From a bacterium (GTDB lineage: Bacteria > SZUA-182 > DTGQ01): DNA of 15,352 bases. Positions 7,779 through 15,352 of the stretch are shown one piece after another. The translations under genes and the position numbers were made by a program. The stretch spans positions 1-15,352 of the forward strand of contig JBFMGO010000130.1 of assembly GCA_040752695.1 (NCBI GenBank). Reading direction: 5' to 3'. Every line of letters begins with the position of its first letter. Position 1 is the first letter of the stretch. The notes under the pieces are model-generated. The model saw only the letters and a program-made list of their open reading frames with translations, had not been told where the DNA came from and made no database searches.

Positions 7779-7818
7779 AGAAAGGACACGAAGAGTACCT
7801 GCTCTTCGTGTCCTTTCT
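7779..7818. terminator. 17-bp perfect stem-loop downstream of the A2M-like gene
   Basis: AGAAAGGACACGAAGAG-TACCTG-CTCTTCGTGTCCTTTCT. Confidence 0.8.
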
Positions 7819-7893
7819 TCACATAATTCCTCAGAAGCTTTTTTAAGATAACAGGTTAAAGTATATCTTAATTACCCCTTAGGGGGTTTTCGG

Positions 7894-10800
7894 TCAATGC
7901 TCCAGGACTACAATTTCCTGGCTCATGGTTTCTCCTTTCATTTCCGGCTGGTAGTATGAATATGCCTGAGAGCTGGTAGCCTTGGCTTTAACCGGATACA
8001 GAGCCAGTGCATCGAAGCTAAATGCCAATTTCTCTCCGGCCAGCATGTTTTCGATAAAGAGGATCACTTTTCTTCCGGCAATTTCGTAGCGCTTCATCTT
8101 CTTCTGAGCTTTGATGAGCTCCTCCAGGGATTCAGCGACTGCGCTAAAGCCTGTAGGAATGGAAATATCCAGAACTACCATTCCGGCTTCGAGAATGGGC
8201 GGTCTTATGGGAGGCATAATGGTAATTGGAGGTTCAATGGGAATAATGGCTGAAGAGGCGATGGAGGAGTCGTTTTGCGGGGCTTTGAGGTCAGTCTCTG
8301 GCATGTTCTCGAAGAGGATGATGGAAGGCGGATTGAATTCAACTTCGACCGAAACCTTGACCAGGTCGTTTACTTCAACCTGATTCGTGTCATAATCGAC
8401 ACTGATCTTGAAGGTTTCATTCATTTTGGGCGGCTGGGGCAGGTTGAACCTTGTAACAACCTGGATGACCGCATCTCCCCTGCCCGCAGCACTGATAGCG
8501 ATTTCCTCGTTGATCGCCACTTCAATGCTTTGAAGGACATCGAAATTCTCGCTGCCGATTTTTATCTCTTTCCTGGTCGAGGAAGAGGTTCCCGGTCTTG
8601 TTTCGATCTCGATAGTCAGATCGACATCGGCCTGCACTCCTTTGGAATAGGCGGTCAGAGCCTCAAGAGCTACTACCGTATCTTGAGTCGAGCTGAAACC
8701 GCCGCTTGAATTGCGCCTTGAGACCAGCCATTTGGCAGCCCGGCCTGCGTTCACTTTATCCCCGTGCTCGATGAGGGCAAGGAGCGCATAGGCGCTCGTT
8801 TCAACCTGTGCACTGGCGGGCCCGGCTGCTTTGGTCGCTCTGACAGATCCGTCTTGATCAGTTATTTCTGACGCTCCCCTTGAGTTCCAAAAAATCCCCT
8901 GTTCATCCTCTTTTGCCAGTTCCATGAGCCGTGCGTAGGCGGCATCCTTCATTCGGCTTTTCGCAAGTTCAAAAGCGTAGCATAAAATGGCCATAGTATA
9001 GCTGTCCGTTATTTCAGATAGCCGGTCTTCGTATTGCGTTTCCAGGTAGCCAATCGCACGGGCTGCGCTCGAAGCATCTTGTGCTCTCAAAAGAGCGATA
9101 GCGATATATGCAGTCAATGCAGCTTTCCCCTGTAAGCCGCCCATCATGTCCTGGTGATGGATAAAACCGATGGAATCGAAAGAGCCATCACTATTTTGAT
9201 GTGCGATGATCCAGCTTTTCGCACTTTGAAGGACGCTGTCATCGATATAGATCAGATCTTTCCCTTCCGAAAATACTTTCAGCACGAAGGCGGTAAGCCA
9301 GAGGCTGCCTTCATTGTCGCTCTGTCCAAAGGCCGAGAAGCTGCCATCATTACGCTGATAGGTAAGTTCCCTCTGGTAGCCGGTAACCATAAGTTTTTCG
9401 GCCTTGGCCATGATTTCCGGTTTGATTTGCCCGCTCTGTTTGAGATACTGCGTAATGTAAATGTCCGGGGCAAGGAGGATCATGTTCTGTTCTCCGCAGC
9501 CGCAGGGCATTTTCAAAAGAGCATCGAGACCGTCGATGGTTTGCGTCAGATAGTTAGAAGTGGCGCACAAATAGGCCCTGCCAGATCCCTCCACGACCGG
9601 GGTCGCAATGGCGGTATTGCACACCTTCGAGCCTCCGGCACTTAAAATGACATTTTCAACGATCTCCCGAGCTACACCTTCGGGCTCGATGATCATCGTT
9701 TTAATGGCAGCATCGGCAGCGGCGCTGCTTCGGGCGGTAATCTTAATCTGTTTTGTTCCGAGAAGCTTTGGCCTGATTTTAAATTGCGCGCCTCCGAGGT
9801 CATTTGCCTTGATCTCGATGGTCTTTTGGGTCTGGTCGAGAAGATCGAACCACTCATTCGGTTCAATTTCAACCGTTACCCTTTGCTTTTCATTCAGGTA
9901 GTTATATATCGAGACCATAACCGGGAACTCCTCACCCCGTATGGCCGAATAAGGAAGATCTATCGTGATGAAAAAAGATTGAAAGACGCGAACTGAATCA
10001 TCGCTGATGCCGAATCCCCGGTCGGGCGAGAGGGCCACTGAATGAAGCATCCAGGTGGTGATGCTGTCAGGAGCCTGGGCTTTCAGGGAAGCACGCCCTT
10101 GTGAATCAGTGATAATATCCTCCCAGAGCCAGGTTTCAGGGAAAAACTGCCTGACCCTTTCGACCTCGGCCAGCCCATCTCCACCTCCTGGCGTACTGGT
10201 AACGTTATATCCCTTTGATTCAGAATCAGCTACAGCAGAAAAAGCCATCAATGGCACTATTCCTCCTCTGAATCCATCTTGAAACCACATTCTCCAAGAG
10301 GGCTTTCTCTGATATTCAATTCCTTTGGGTATGGCCTTATTGCTGAGCACGATGACTCCGGCATCATTGAACGTGTCCTCAGCCCCTTTGATGCTGACCC
10401 GTGATGAAGACTGAAAGGAAAAATCGTGAAGTTCGGCTTGAGGCGTCATATACAGCTTCTCAAGCTCATCAAAGACCTGCTGGAGATTGAGCCTGTTCTC
10501 GGCCAGGATGAAGACAGATTTATCCACAACGGCCAATCCTACCCTGGCCTTCCCTTCGGTCTGGACATCGATTTCGATCTCCTCCCCCGGTTTTACCTCT
10601 TCCTGGCTGAAGGAAGCCGTAACATTGTGGGGATATTCAGCCTCGACGTCGAAAGGAAGATAATCTGCTGCCACCTCGCTGCTGGGGAGAATCTGATAGA
10701 CCAATAGTTTTGCCGATGGTGCCATCATGGGGGTGGCTGTCAGGGATATCTCGCTGTTTTGCGTAAGACCGGTGAAGACCACCCTTTGGCGAGCCACAAC

Positions 10801-13497
10801 TTCATAGTAGAAGTTTAAGGAATTAGCGGTGGAATGAATTTTGAATCTCATACTTTCACCCACCCGTGGGCGCCCTTCACTCAATTGCTCAAGGTGTATG
10901 AAGTTTCCCGTGGGCGAGTAGCCAGCCTGGATGTCTTTGGAAGCGCTCCCATTTTCGGCAGTGACCGCAATGTTCATGGCAATGCGTCCTGCCGGCGGGG
11001 TTATGGTTAAAATCGCCTTTCCCGCCTTGGTTTCGATGTTTTGCGTCTCCCGTCCCGCTTCTTTAAATTCAACGTCGAAATAGGTTATGGTGACCCCTAC
11101 CCTGGTATCTATGGGCTTTTGATCCGGTGTTTCAGTGAGGATCAGCGTATGAAAGGGCAAGGAGGGCTTGTACACGGAACTTTCAGGAATAATCTGAATG
11201 TTCAAAGGAGTAGAAGAAACCGTAAGGAGCTTGTTGACCTTCTCCTCATAGCCGGTGGATTTTTCCTTAACCCTTATATCCAAAGTGACATTTCCCATCC
11301 CTCCGGCTGAAGGGACGCCGGCAACGTACCGGGCCGGTGAAATCTCGAAATCGGCCTCACCGTCTATATCCTTGGTGAGGGTCTCATAGATCTCCCAGGT
11401 TCCCACATACCGCGAGGCAACGATGACCAGTTCTCCCTTGACCGGCTTGCCGAAGCTGTACTCGGCCTTGATCTTGCCCCTGATCGTCTCGCCAGCTAAA
11501 AACCACTCCTTGGGCATATCTGCCTGGACCTCATATTTAGGCAGAACATACTTTTCCACCCTCACATCCATCTGGGTATTTTTTTGCCCGGCGGCAGCGG
11601 TTATTTTCCACACCCCAAGATTGGGCTCCGTGGAGATAGGCAGGTCCAGCTTAGCCAGGCCGTACTCATCGGTATCTACCTCCTTGCGGAAGATCTTGAT
11701 CCCCTTGGCATCCTGTACCTCTACGGAACTTTTTCTGCTGACTGGCCGAAGTTCCGAATTCAGGGTAATGAGCCTTAAGTGTATGGTTTGGCCGGGCTTA
11801 TAAATCGGCTTATCGGTTTCAACAAAAAGGAGCAGACCCTCTTCAACCTTGACAGTGGCACTGTCGGAAAAGCCTTCTCCACTAATAGTCAGTTTATACT
11901 CTCCCTGCTCGACCTCGCGAGGTACGGTGAGTTCTATTCTCCCTTTGCCGCTGATAACCTGTTCGGCATCGAGGACATTAGCTCCATCCTTTGAGGTAAG
12001 GGTAGCCTGGACTCTGGCCCTGACCAGATTATCACCGCCAAGGAGGGTGAGAGAGACCGCCCCTTTCTCGCCGGTATAAAAGAGTTTGGGCAGAACCGCC
12101 ATATAGCTGTCAACGACGCCGGGTTCGATCGTCCCAAAAGGTTCCTCTCCCTGGCTGCCTGAGAGGCAGGAAGGCTGACCGAGAAATTTTTGGAACAGAC
12201 ACAGGGCATCAGCCGGACTAAACATTCCGTCCCGGTTAACATCTGCGCAACCGGGACAAGGACCGTACCCAAGGTAGCATCGAAAAGCATAGAGCGCATC
12301 AGCCGGCGTGATCTGGCCATCGCCGGTCAGATCAGCACTGCACGCCGCATCGGCTGTTGTGGCACTTTCTTGCCCGGATGACGGATCTCCGGAGTGAGCC
12401 AGTGCGCCGGATGACGGATCGCCGGACGCGGCGCCCTCCAATGCGTCGCTATTGGCAGCAGGAGCATCTGCCGATGTTTCATCAGCAGCGCCCGAAGGGT
12501 CACCTGCTCTTGCCCTGACACGGTAGGCTTGATCTTGAGCCGAATTGTTGCTTTCAGCGTTCACGGTGCTCATGCCATCCACGGCGTTAGTGGCAAAGAT
12601 GCCCCTCACGGTGCCGTTCATGGTGCTATTCATGCTGCCGCTCATGACGCTGTCCATACTGCTAGCGCCCTGGTACAGCCGGTAGTCCTGATAGATGCCA
12701 GAATAGCGCCCTACCCTTGAGGAGGCAATGGCGAGAGCGCCGCCGAGAGCCTTTAAATCATCGGGTGAATTACCCAAAAGAATGCTGTTGGTGATTACCG
12801 GCCGGGATTCAGCCCCGCTCCACTGATCGTTTTCGCAGGTTAATCCACCACCCCCCGAAAGACCATTGGCGAAGTTATCATCAATGCTGCTATTTTCGAT
12901 GATTGGTGAAGAGCCAAGGCAATATATGCCGCCGCCGCTTCCCTCAGCCAGATTCGAACGTACAGTACAGTTGATTATGGCAGGCGATGAAATGAGGCAA
13001 TAGATTCCGCCTCCGTGATCTCCACCACCACTGCCGCATCCGCCTGCGCCAGCAGCCAGATTTTCCCTGATGGTGCAATAGGTTATACTCGGCGAAGAAC
13101 CCTGGCAATAGATTCCGCCACCGCATACAGCCAGACCATTTCGTATAGTGACTCCGCTGAGCAGAGAATTACCGCTCTCCCCGCTGGTGAAGGTGACCAC
13201 GCTTCCAGCCCTGCCCCCATCGATAACCGTGGCAGCCACTACAGAAGGATCGACAGGGTTTTCCCCTCGTACGGTAATGGCTTTACCGCCAAAATGAATC
13301 CTCTCCCAGTAGGTTCCCTGATGGATAATGATCTCATCTCCATTTTCGGCAAGCTTGATCGCAGCCTGGATGCTCTCACCGGGATAAACGTGCCTCTGTG
13401 CTGCTCCGGCTCTTGTGACATAAATTGCCAATATCCCCAGTATGGCCGCTATCCGGGAAACCATACTCAAGGCCACCCTGTTTTTTCTGTCTTTCAT
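7894..13497 (-). CDS. Secreted multidomain thioester-containing alpha-2-macroglobulin/TEP-like protein (beta-helix + dockerin-like + A2M module)
   Basis: Signal peptide; GGGIYC beta-helix repeats; paired DxxxDGxxxxxDAL motifs; ETDKPIYKPGQ, YVLPKYEV, FPETWLW, GCGEQNM thioester (CGEQ 9487-9498), DGSFSAFG, WLTAFV, STQDT; start at ATG 13497, 6 nt after AGGAGG. Confidence 0.93.
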   Translation of the reverse strand: MKDRKNRVALSMVSRIAAILGILAIYVTRAGAAQRHVYPGESIQAAIKLAENGDEIIIHQGTYWERIHFGGKAITVRGENPVDPSVVAATVIDGGRAGSVVTFTSGESGNSLLSGVTIRNGLAVCGGGIYCQGSSPSITYCTIRENLAAGAGGCGSGGGDHGGGIYCLISSPAIINCTVRSNLAEGSGGGIYCLGSSPIIENSSIDDNFANGLSGGGGLTCENDQWSGAESRPVITNSILLGNSPDDLKALGGALAIASSRVGRYSGIYQDYRLYQGASSMDSVMSGSMNSTMNGTVRGIFATNAVDGMSTVNAESNNSAQDQAYRVRARAGDPSGAADETSADAPAANSDALEGAASGDPSSGALAHSGDPSSGQESATTADAACSADLTGDGQITPADALYAFRCYLGYGPCPGCADVNRDGMFSPADALCLFQKFLGQPSCLSGSQGEEPFGTIEPGVVDSYMAVLPKLFYTGEKGAVSLTLLGGDNLVRARVQATLTSKDGANVLDAEQVISGKGRIELTVPREVEQGEYKLTISGEGFSDSATVKVEEGLLLFVETDKPIYKPGQTIHLRLITLNSELRPVSRKSSVEVQDAKGIKIFRKEVDTDEYGLAKLDLPISTEPNLGVWKITAAAGQKNTQMDVRVEKYVLPKYEVQADMPKEWFLAGETIRGKIKAEYSFGKPVKGELVIVASRYVGTWEIYETLTKDIDGEADFEISPARYVAGVPSAGGMGNVTLDIRVKEKSTGYEEKVNKLLTVSSTPLNIQIIPESSVYKPSLPFHTLILTETPDQKPIDTRVGVTITYFDVEFKEAGRETQNIETKAGKAILTITPPAGRIAMNIAVTAENGSASKDIQAGYSPTGNFIHLEQLSEGRPRVGESMRFKIHSTANSLNFYYEVVARQRVVFTGLTQNSEISLTATPMMAPSAKLLVYQILPSSEVAADYLPFDVEAEYPHNVTASFSQEEVKPGEEIEIDVQTEGKARVGLAVVDKSVFILAENRLNLQQVFDELEKLYMTPQAELHDFSFQSSSRVSIKGAEDTFNDAGVIVLSNKAIPKGIEYQRKPSWRMWFQDGFRGGIVPLMAFSAVADSESKGYNVTSTPGGGDGLAEVERVRQFFPETWLWEDIITDSQGRASLKAQAPDSITTWMLHSVALSPDRGFGISDDSVRVFQSFFITIDLPYSAIRGEEFPVMVSIYNYLNEKQRVTVEIEPNEWFDLLDQTQKTIEIKANDLGGAQFKIRPKLLGTKQIKITARSSAAADAAIKTMIIEPEGVAREIVENVILSAGGSKVCNTAIATPVVEGSGRAYLCATSNYLTQTIDGLDALLKMPCGCGEQNMILLAPDIYITQYLKQSGQIKPEIMAKAEKLMVTGYQRELTYQRNDGSFSAFGQSDNEGSLWLTAFVLKVFSEGKDLIYIDDSVLQSAKSWIIAHQNSDGSFDSIGFIHHQDMMGGLQGKAALTAYIAIALLRAQDASSAARAIGYLETQYEDRLSEITDSYTMAILCYAFELAKSRMKDAAYARLMELAKEDEQGIFWNSRGASEITDQDGSVRATKAAGPASAQVETSAYALLALIEHGDKVNAGRAAKWLVSRRNSSGGFSSTQDTVVALEALTAYSKGVQADVDLTIEIETRPGTSSSTRKEIKIGSENFDVLQSIEVAINEEIAISAAGRGDAVIQVVTRFNLPQPPKMNETFKISVDYDTNQVEVNDLVKVSVEVEFNPPSIILFENMPETDLKAPQNDSSIASSAIIPIEPPITIMPPIRPPILEAGMVVLDISIPTGFSAVAESLEELIKAQKKMKRYEIAGRKVILFIENMLAGEKLAFSFDALALYPVKAKATSSQAYSYYQPEMKGETMSQEIVVLEH

Positions 13498-13659
13498 GGC
13501 CATCCTCCTTTTTGGTGGTTGGTAAAGCTTGTTTGACGTTTAGACCGTTTGGCCTCACGGATGGAACTCGTTTGCCAACGTAGAACACATTGCATTCGAT
13601 ATACAGCCCGGCTATCATCCTTTGTTATCGTCCTCCTCCCCCCTGCGATAAGGGTCTTA

Positions 13660-13682
13660 TCCCCCACTTTATAAAGGGGGGA
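13660..13682. repeat. Short C-run/G-run hairpin (REP-like)
   Basis: TCCCCCACTTT-AT-AAAGGGGGGA, with a degenerate neighbour CCCCCCTGCGATAAGGG at about 13638-13654. Confidence 0.45.
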
Positions 13683-14007
13683 CAGGAAGATTTTTGACAA
13701 ATGATCCCCCACTCGATACTTGTCAGGCCCGTTCCCGGCCAGTATATGGGGTGCGGAAAAAACCGTTGTTGTACGGATTCTTTATGTGATTGCAGCCTGC
13801 ACCAATCCAAAACAGGTGACGAGAAAAACGCTCTTAATCGTAGAGTCCTTTTGTGGCCGGGTGCTCATTCAGGATGCGGTTTTCAATGAATCACGATTAA
13901 TAATGACGCTCGACATGCAGCACACTGAATGACTGCGTCATACTTAATACCGTTTATTAGGGTAAGGGGGGGATAATAATCATTATAATAGATACTTATA
14001 CAATAAA

Positions 14008-14037
14008 AATATACTAACATTTATCGCACTGTGTCAA
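14008..14037 (-). promoter_or_regulatory. Candidate sigma70 promoter facing the A2M-like gene
   Basis: Minus strand TTGACA (14037-14032)-N18-TATATT (14013-14008) in AT-rich DNA. Confidence 0.45.
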
Positions 14038-14327
14038 ATAAAAAAAGAGGCGATCCTGGTTCTGTAACCTCTATCGGTCGATTAGTTATAGTAAGAGGGG
14101 ATCCATTTTGAACAAGACAAGAGAATCAACTGTGCACCAGGTTAATCTGGTAGTTTCGGCTCTTGACAGACTGTTTTTTCAGGATCGTAGATCATTGTGT
14201 TGATTTTTGAAAAGTGAAAAGGTATTATTGGATACTTTAGCGATAACGTTGCAACCTTAGTCTTAGGCAGGTTTATCGATAGGGGGAGTTTTTCTCATTG
14301 CAAAACGGTAAAAGAAGGGTAAAAGAA

Positions 14328-15352
14328 ATGAAGTATTATAAGGTTCGGGGTGCTCATCCACTTTCAGGCAACATAAAAGTAGGGGGAGCCAAAAATACCT
14401 TGCCCAAAAATCTCGTTGCTTCACTGCTCACTGACGAACCCTGTATTATTTCTAATGTGTCTAACATCGGAGATGTTAAGGTGACCTTGGATATGCTCAA
14501 ATCCATTGGCACCGAGTTTACCTGGCTGGATCAATCGACCTTAAGAATCTCTACCCCAAAAGTTACCTCTCATGTTTTAAATTCACAGTTTTCCGGCATT
14601 AACCGGATTCCCATACTCATGCTGGGTCCTTTATTACATCGTTTCGGGATGGCCGAAATCCCGTTACTCGGCGGCTGCAAGATAGGCCCCCGGCCTATTA
14701 ACTTTCATATCGATTCCTTGAAGTCTCTTGGCGCTGAGATTGAACTCATCGAGGGGAAATACAGAGCCAAGGCATCCAGGCTGCATGGCACTACAATTTC
14801 CCTTCCTTTTCCGAGTGTCGGGGCAACAGAGACAATTTTGCTTTCCGCAAGCATGGCAGAGGGAACCACGGTTATCAAGAATGCAGCGATAGAGCCAGAG
14901 GTGATCGATCTCATTGCGGTTTTGCAAAAAATGGGCGCTATCATTGCCGTAGATGTAGATAGAACCATCATTATCGACGGCGTGAAACGTCTGCGCAGTT
15001 TTAAGCATAATGCCCTGACAGACAGAATTGAGGTTGCCTCCTGGGCATGTGCTGCTATTGCTACCCGTGGTGATATCGTGGTAGAGAATTCAAACCAGCT
15101 CGGAATGATGGCATTTCTCAATATCATCCGTAAGATAGGCGGCGAATACGAGGTTCTTGAGAATGGAATACGTTTTTTCTCCAGAACGGACCGCTTGACT
15201 CCTACTTTTCTTGAGACTGATGTACATCCAGGGTTTATGACGGACTGGCAGCAGCCGTTCGTTATCCTGATGACTCAGGCGCATGGATTATCTGTTTTGC
15301 ATGAAACCGTGTACGAAGACCGGTTCGGATACACTGAGGAATTGAGGCGTAT
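14328..15352 (+). CDS. murA: UDP-N-acetylglucosamine 1-carboxyvinyltransferase (3' truncated by window; absent from ORF track)
   Basis: Manual translation: MKYYKVRGAHPLSGNIKVGGAKN..., LLGGCKIGPRPINFH, FPSVGATE, NAAIEPEV, DRIE, HPGFMTDWQQP, ETVYEDRF; alternative in-frame TTG start at 14298. Confidence 0.96.
   Translation, partial: MKYYKVRGAHPLSGNIKVGGAKNTLPKNLVASLLTDEPCIISNVSNIGDVKVTLDMLKSIGTEFTWLDQSTLRISTPKVTSHVLNSQFSGINRIPILMLGPLLHRFGMAEIPLLGGCKIGPRPINFHIDSLKSLGAEIELIEGKYRAKASRLHGTTISLPFPSVGATETILLSASMAEGTTVIKNAAIEPEVIDLIAVLQKMGAIIAVDVDRTIIIDGVKRLRSFKHNALTDRIEVASWACAAIATRGDIVVENSNQLGMMAFLNIIRKIGGEYEVLENGIRFFSRTDRLTPTFLETDVHPGFMTDWQQPFVILMTQAHGLSVLHETVYEDRFGYTEELRR

Noticed and set aside
8111..13536. 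Numerous plus-strand and alternate-frame ORFs within the large gene
   Set aside because: Shadows of a long, motif-rich CDS
13520..13580. c-di-GMP-I riboswitch or sigma54 promoter upstream of the A2M-like gene (minus strand TTGGCAAACGAGTTCCA...GGTCTAA)
   Set aside because: Lacks the GNRA-capped P2 stem and second GCAAA of the riboswitch; the -12 element reads TTCC rather than TTGC
14664..15284. Three minus-strand ORFs in the ORF track
   Set aside because: Antisense to murA, which is the real gene

Overview
Bacterial chromosomal window, taxon not assignable from the sequence alone, with three parts. (1) 1-4622 is a housekeeping block: 3' end of serS, tRNA-Ser(TGA), tRNA-Ser(GCT), an Amidase_3 amidase, a GerMN protein, murI, rph, rdgB and tRNA-Pro(TGG). 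(2) About 4623-7436 is a 2.8-kb integrase-less accessory islet between convergent tRNA-Pro and tRNA-Met genes. It carries a Bro-N antirepressor-like gene containing two tandem, covarying palindromic cassettes, a divergent RHH + YefM/YoeB operon, a lone Mu-type prohead protease with a duplicated scaffold-like C-terminal motif, and a small Zn-finger ORF. (3) 7894-13497 (-) encodes a ~1870-aa secreted thioester protein: beta-helix, linker, dockerin-like EF-hand pair, then an alpha-2-macroglobulin module whose motifs look metazoan (TEP/CD109/C3-like) rather than like typical bacterial A2M. A divergent murA, missed by the ORF track, runs off the right end. Family assignments come from motif recognition, not database searches.
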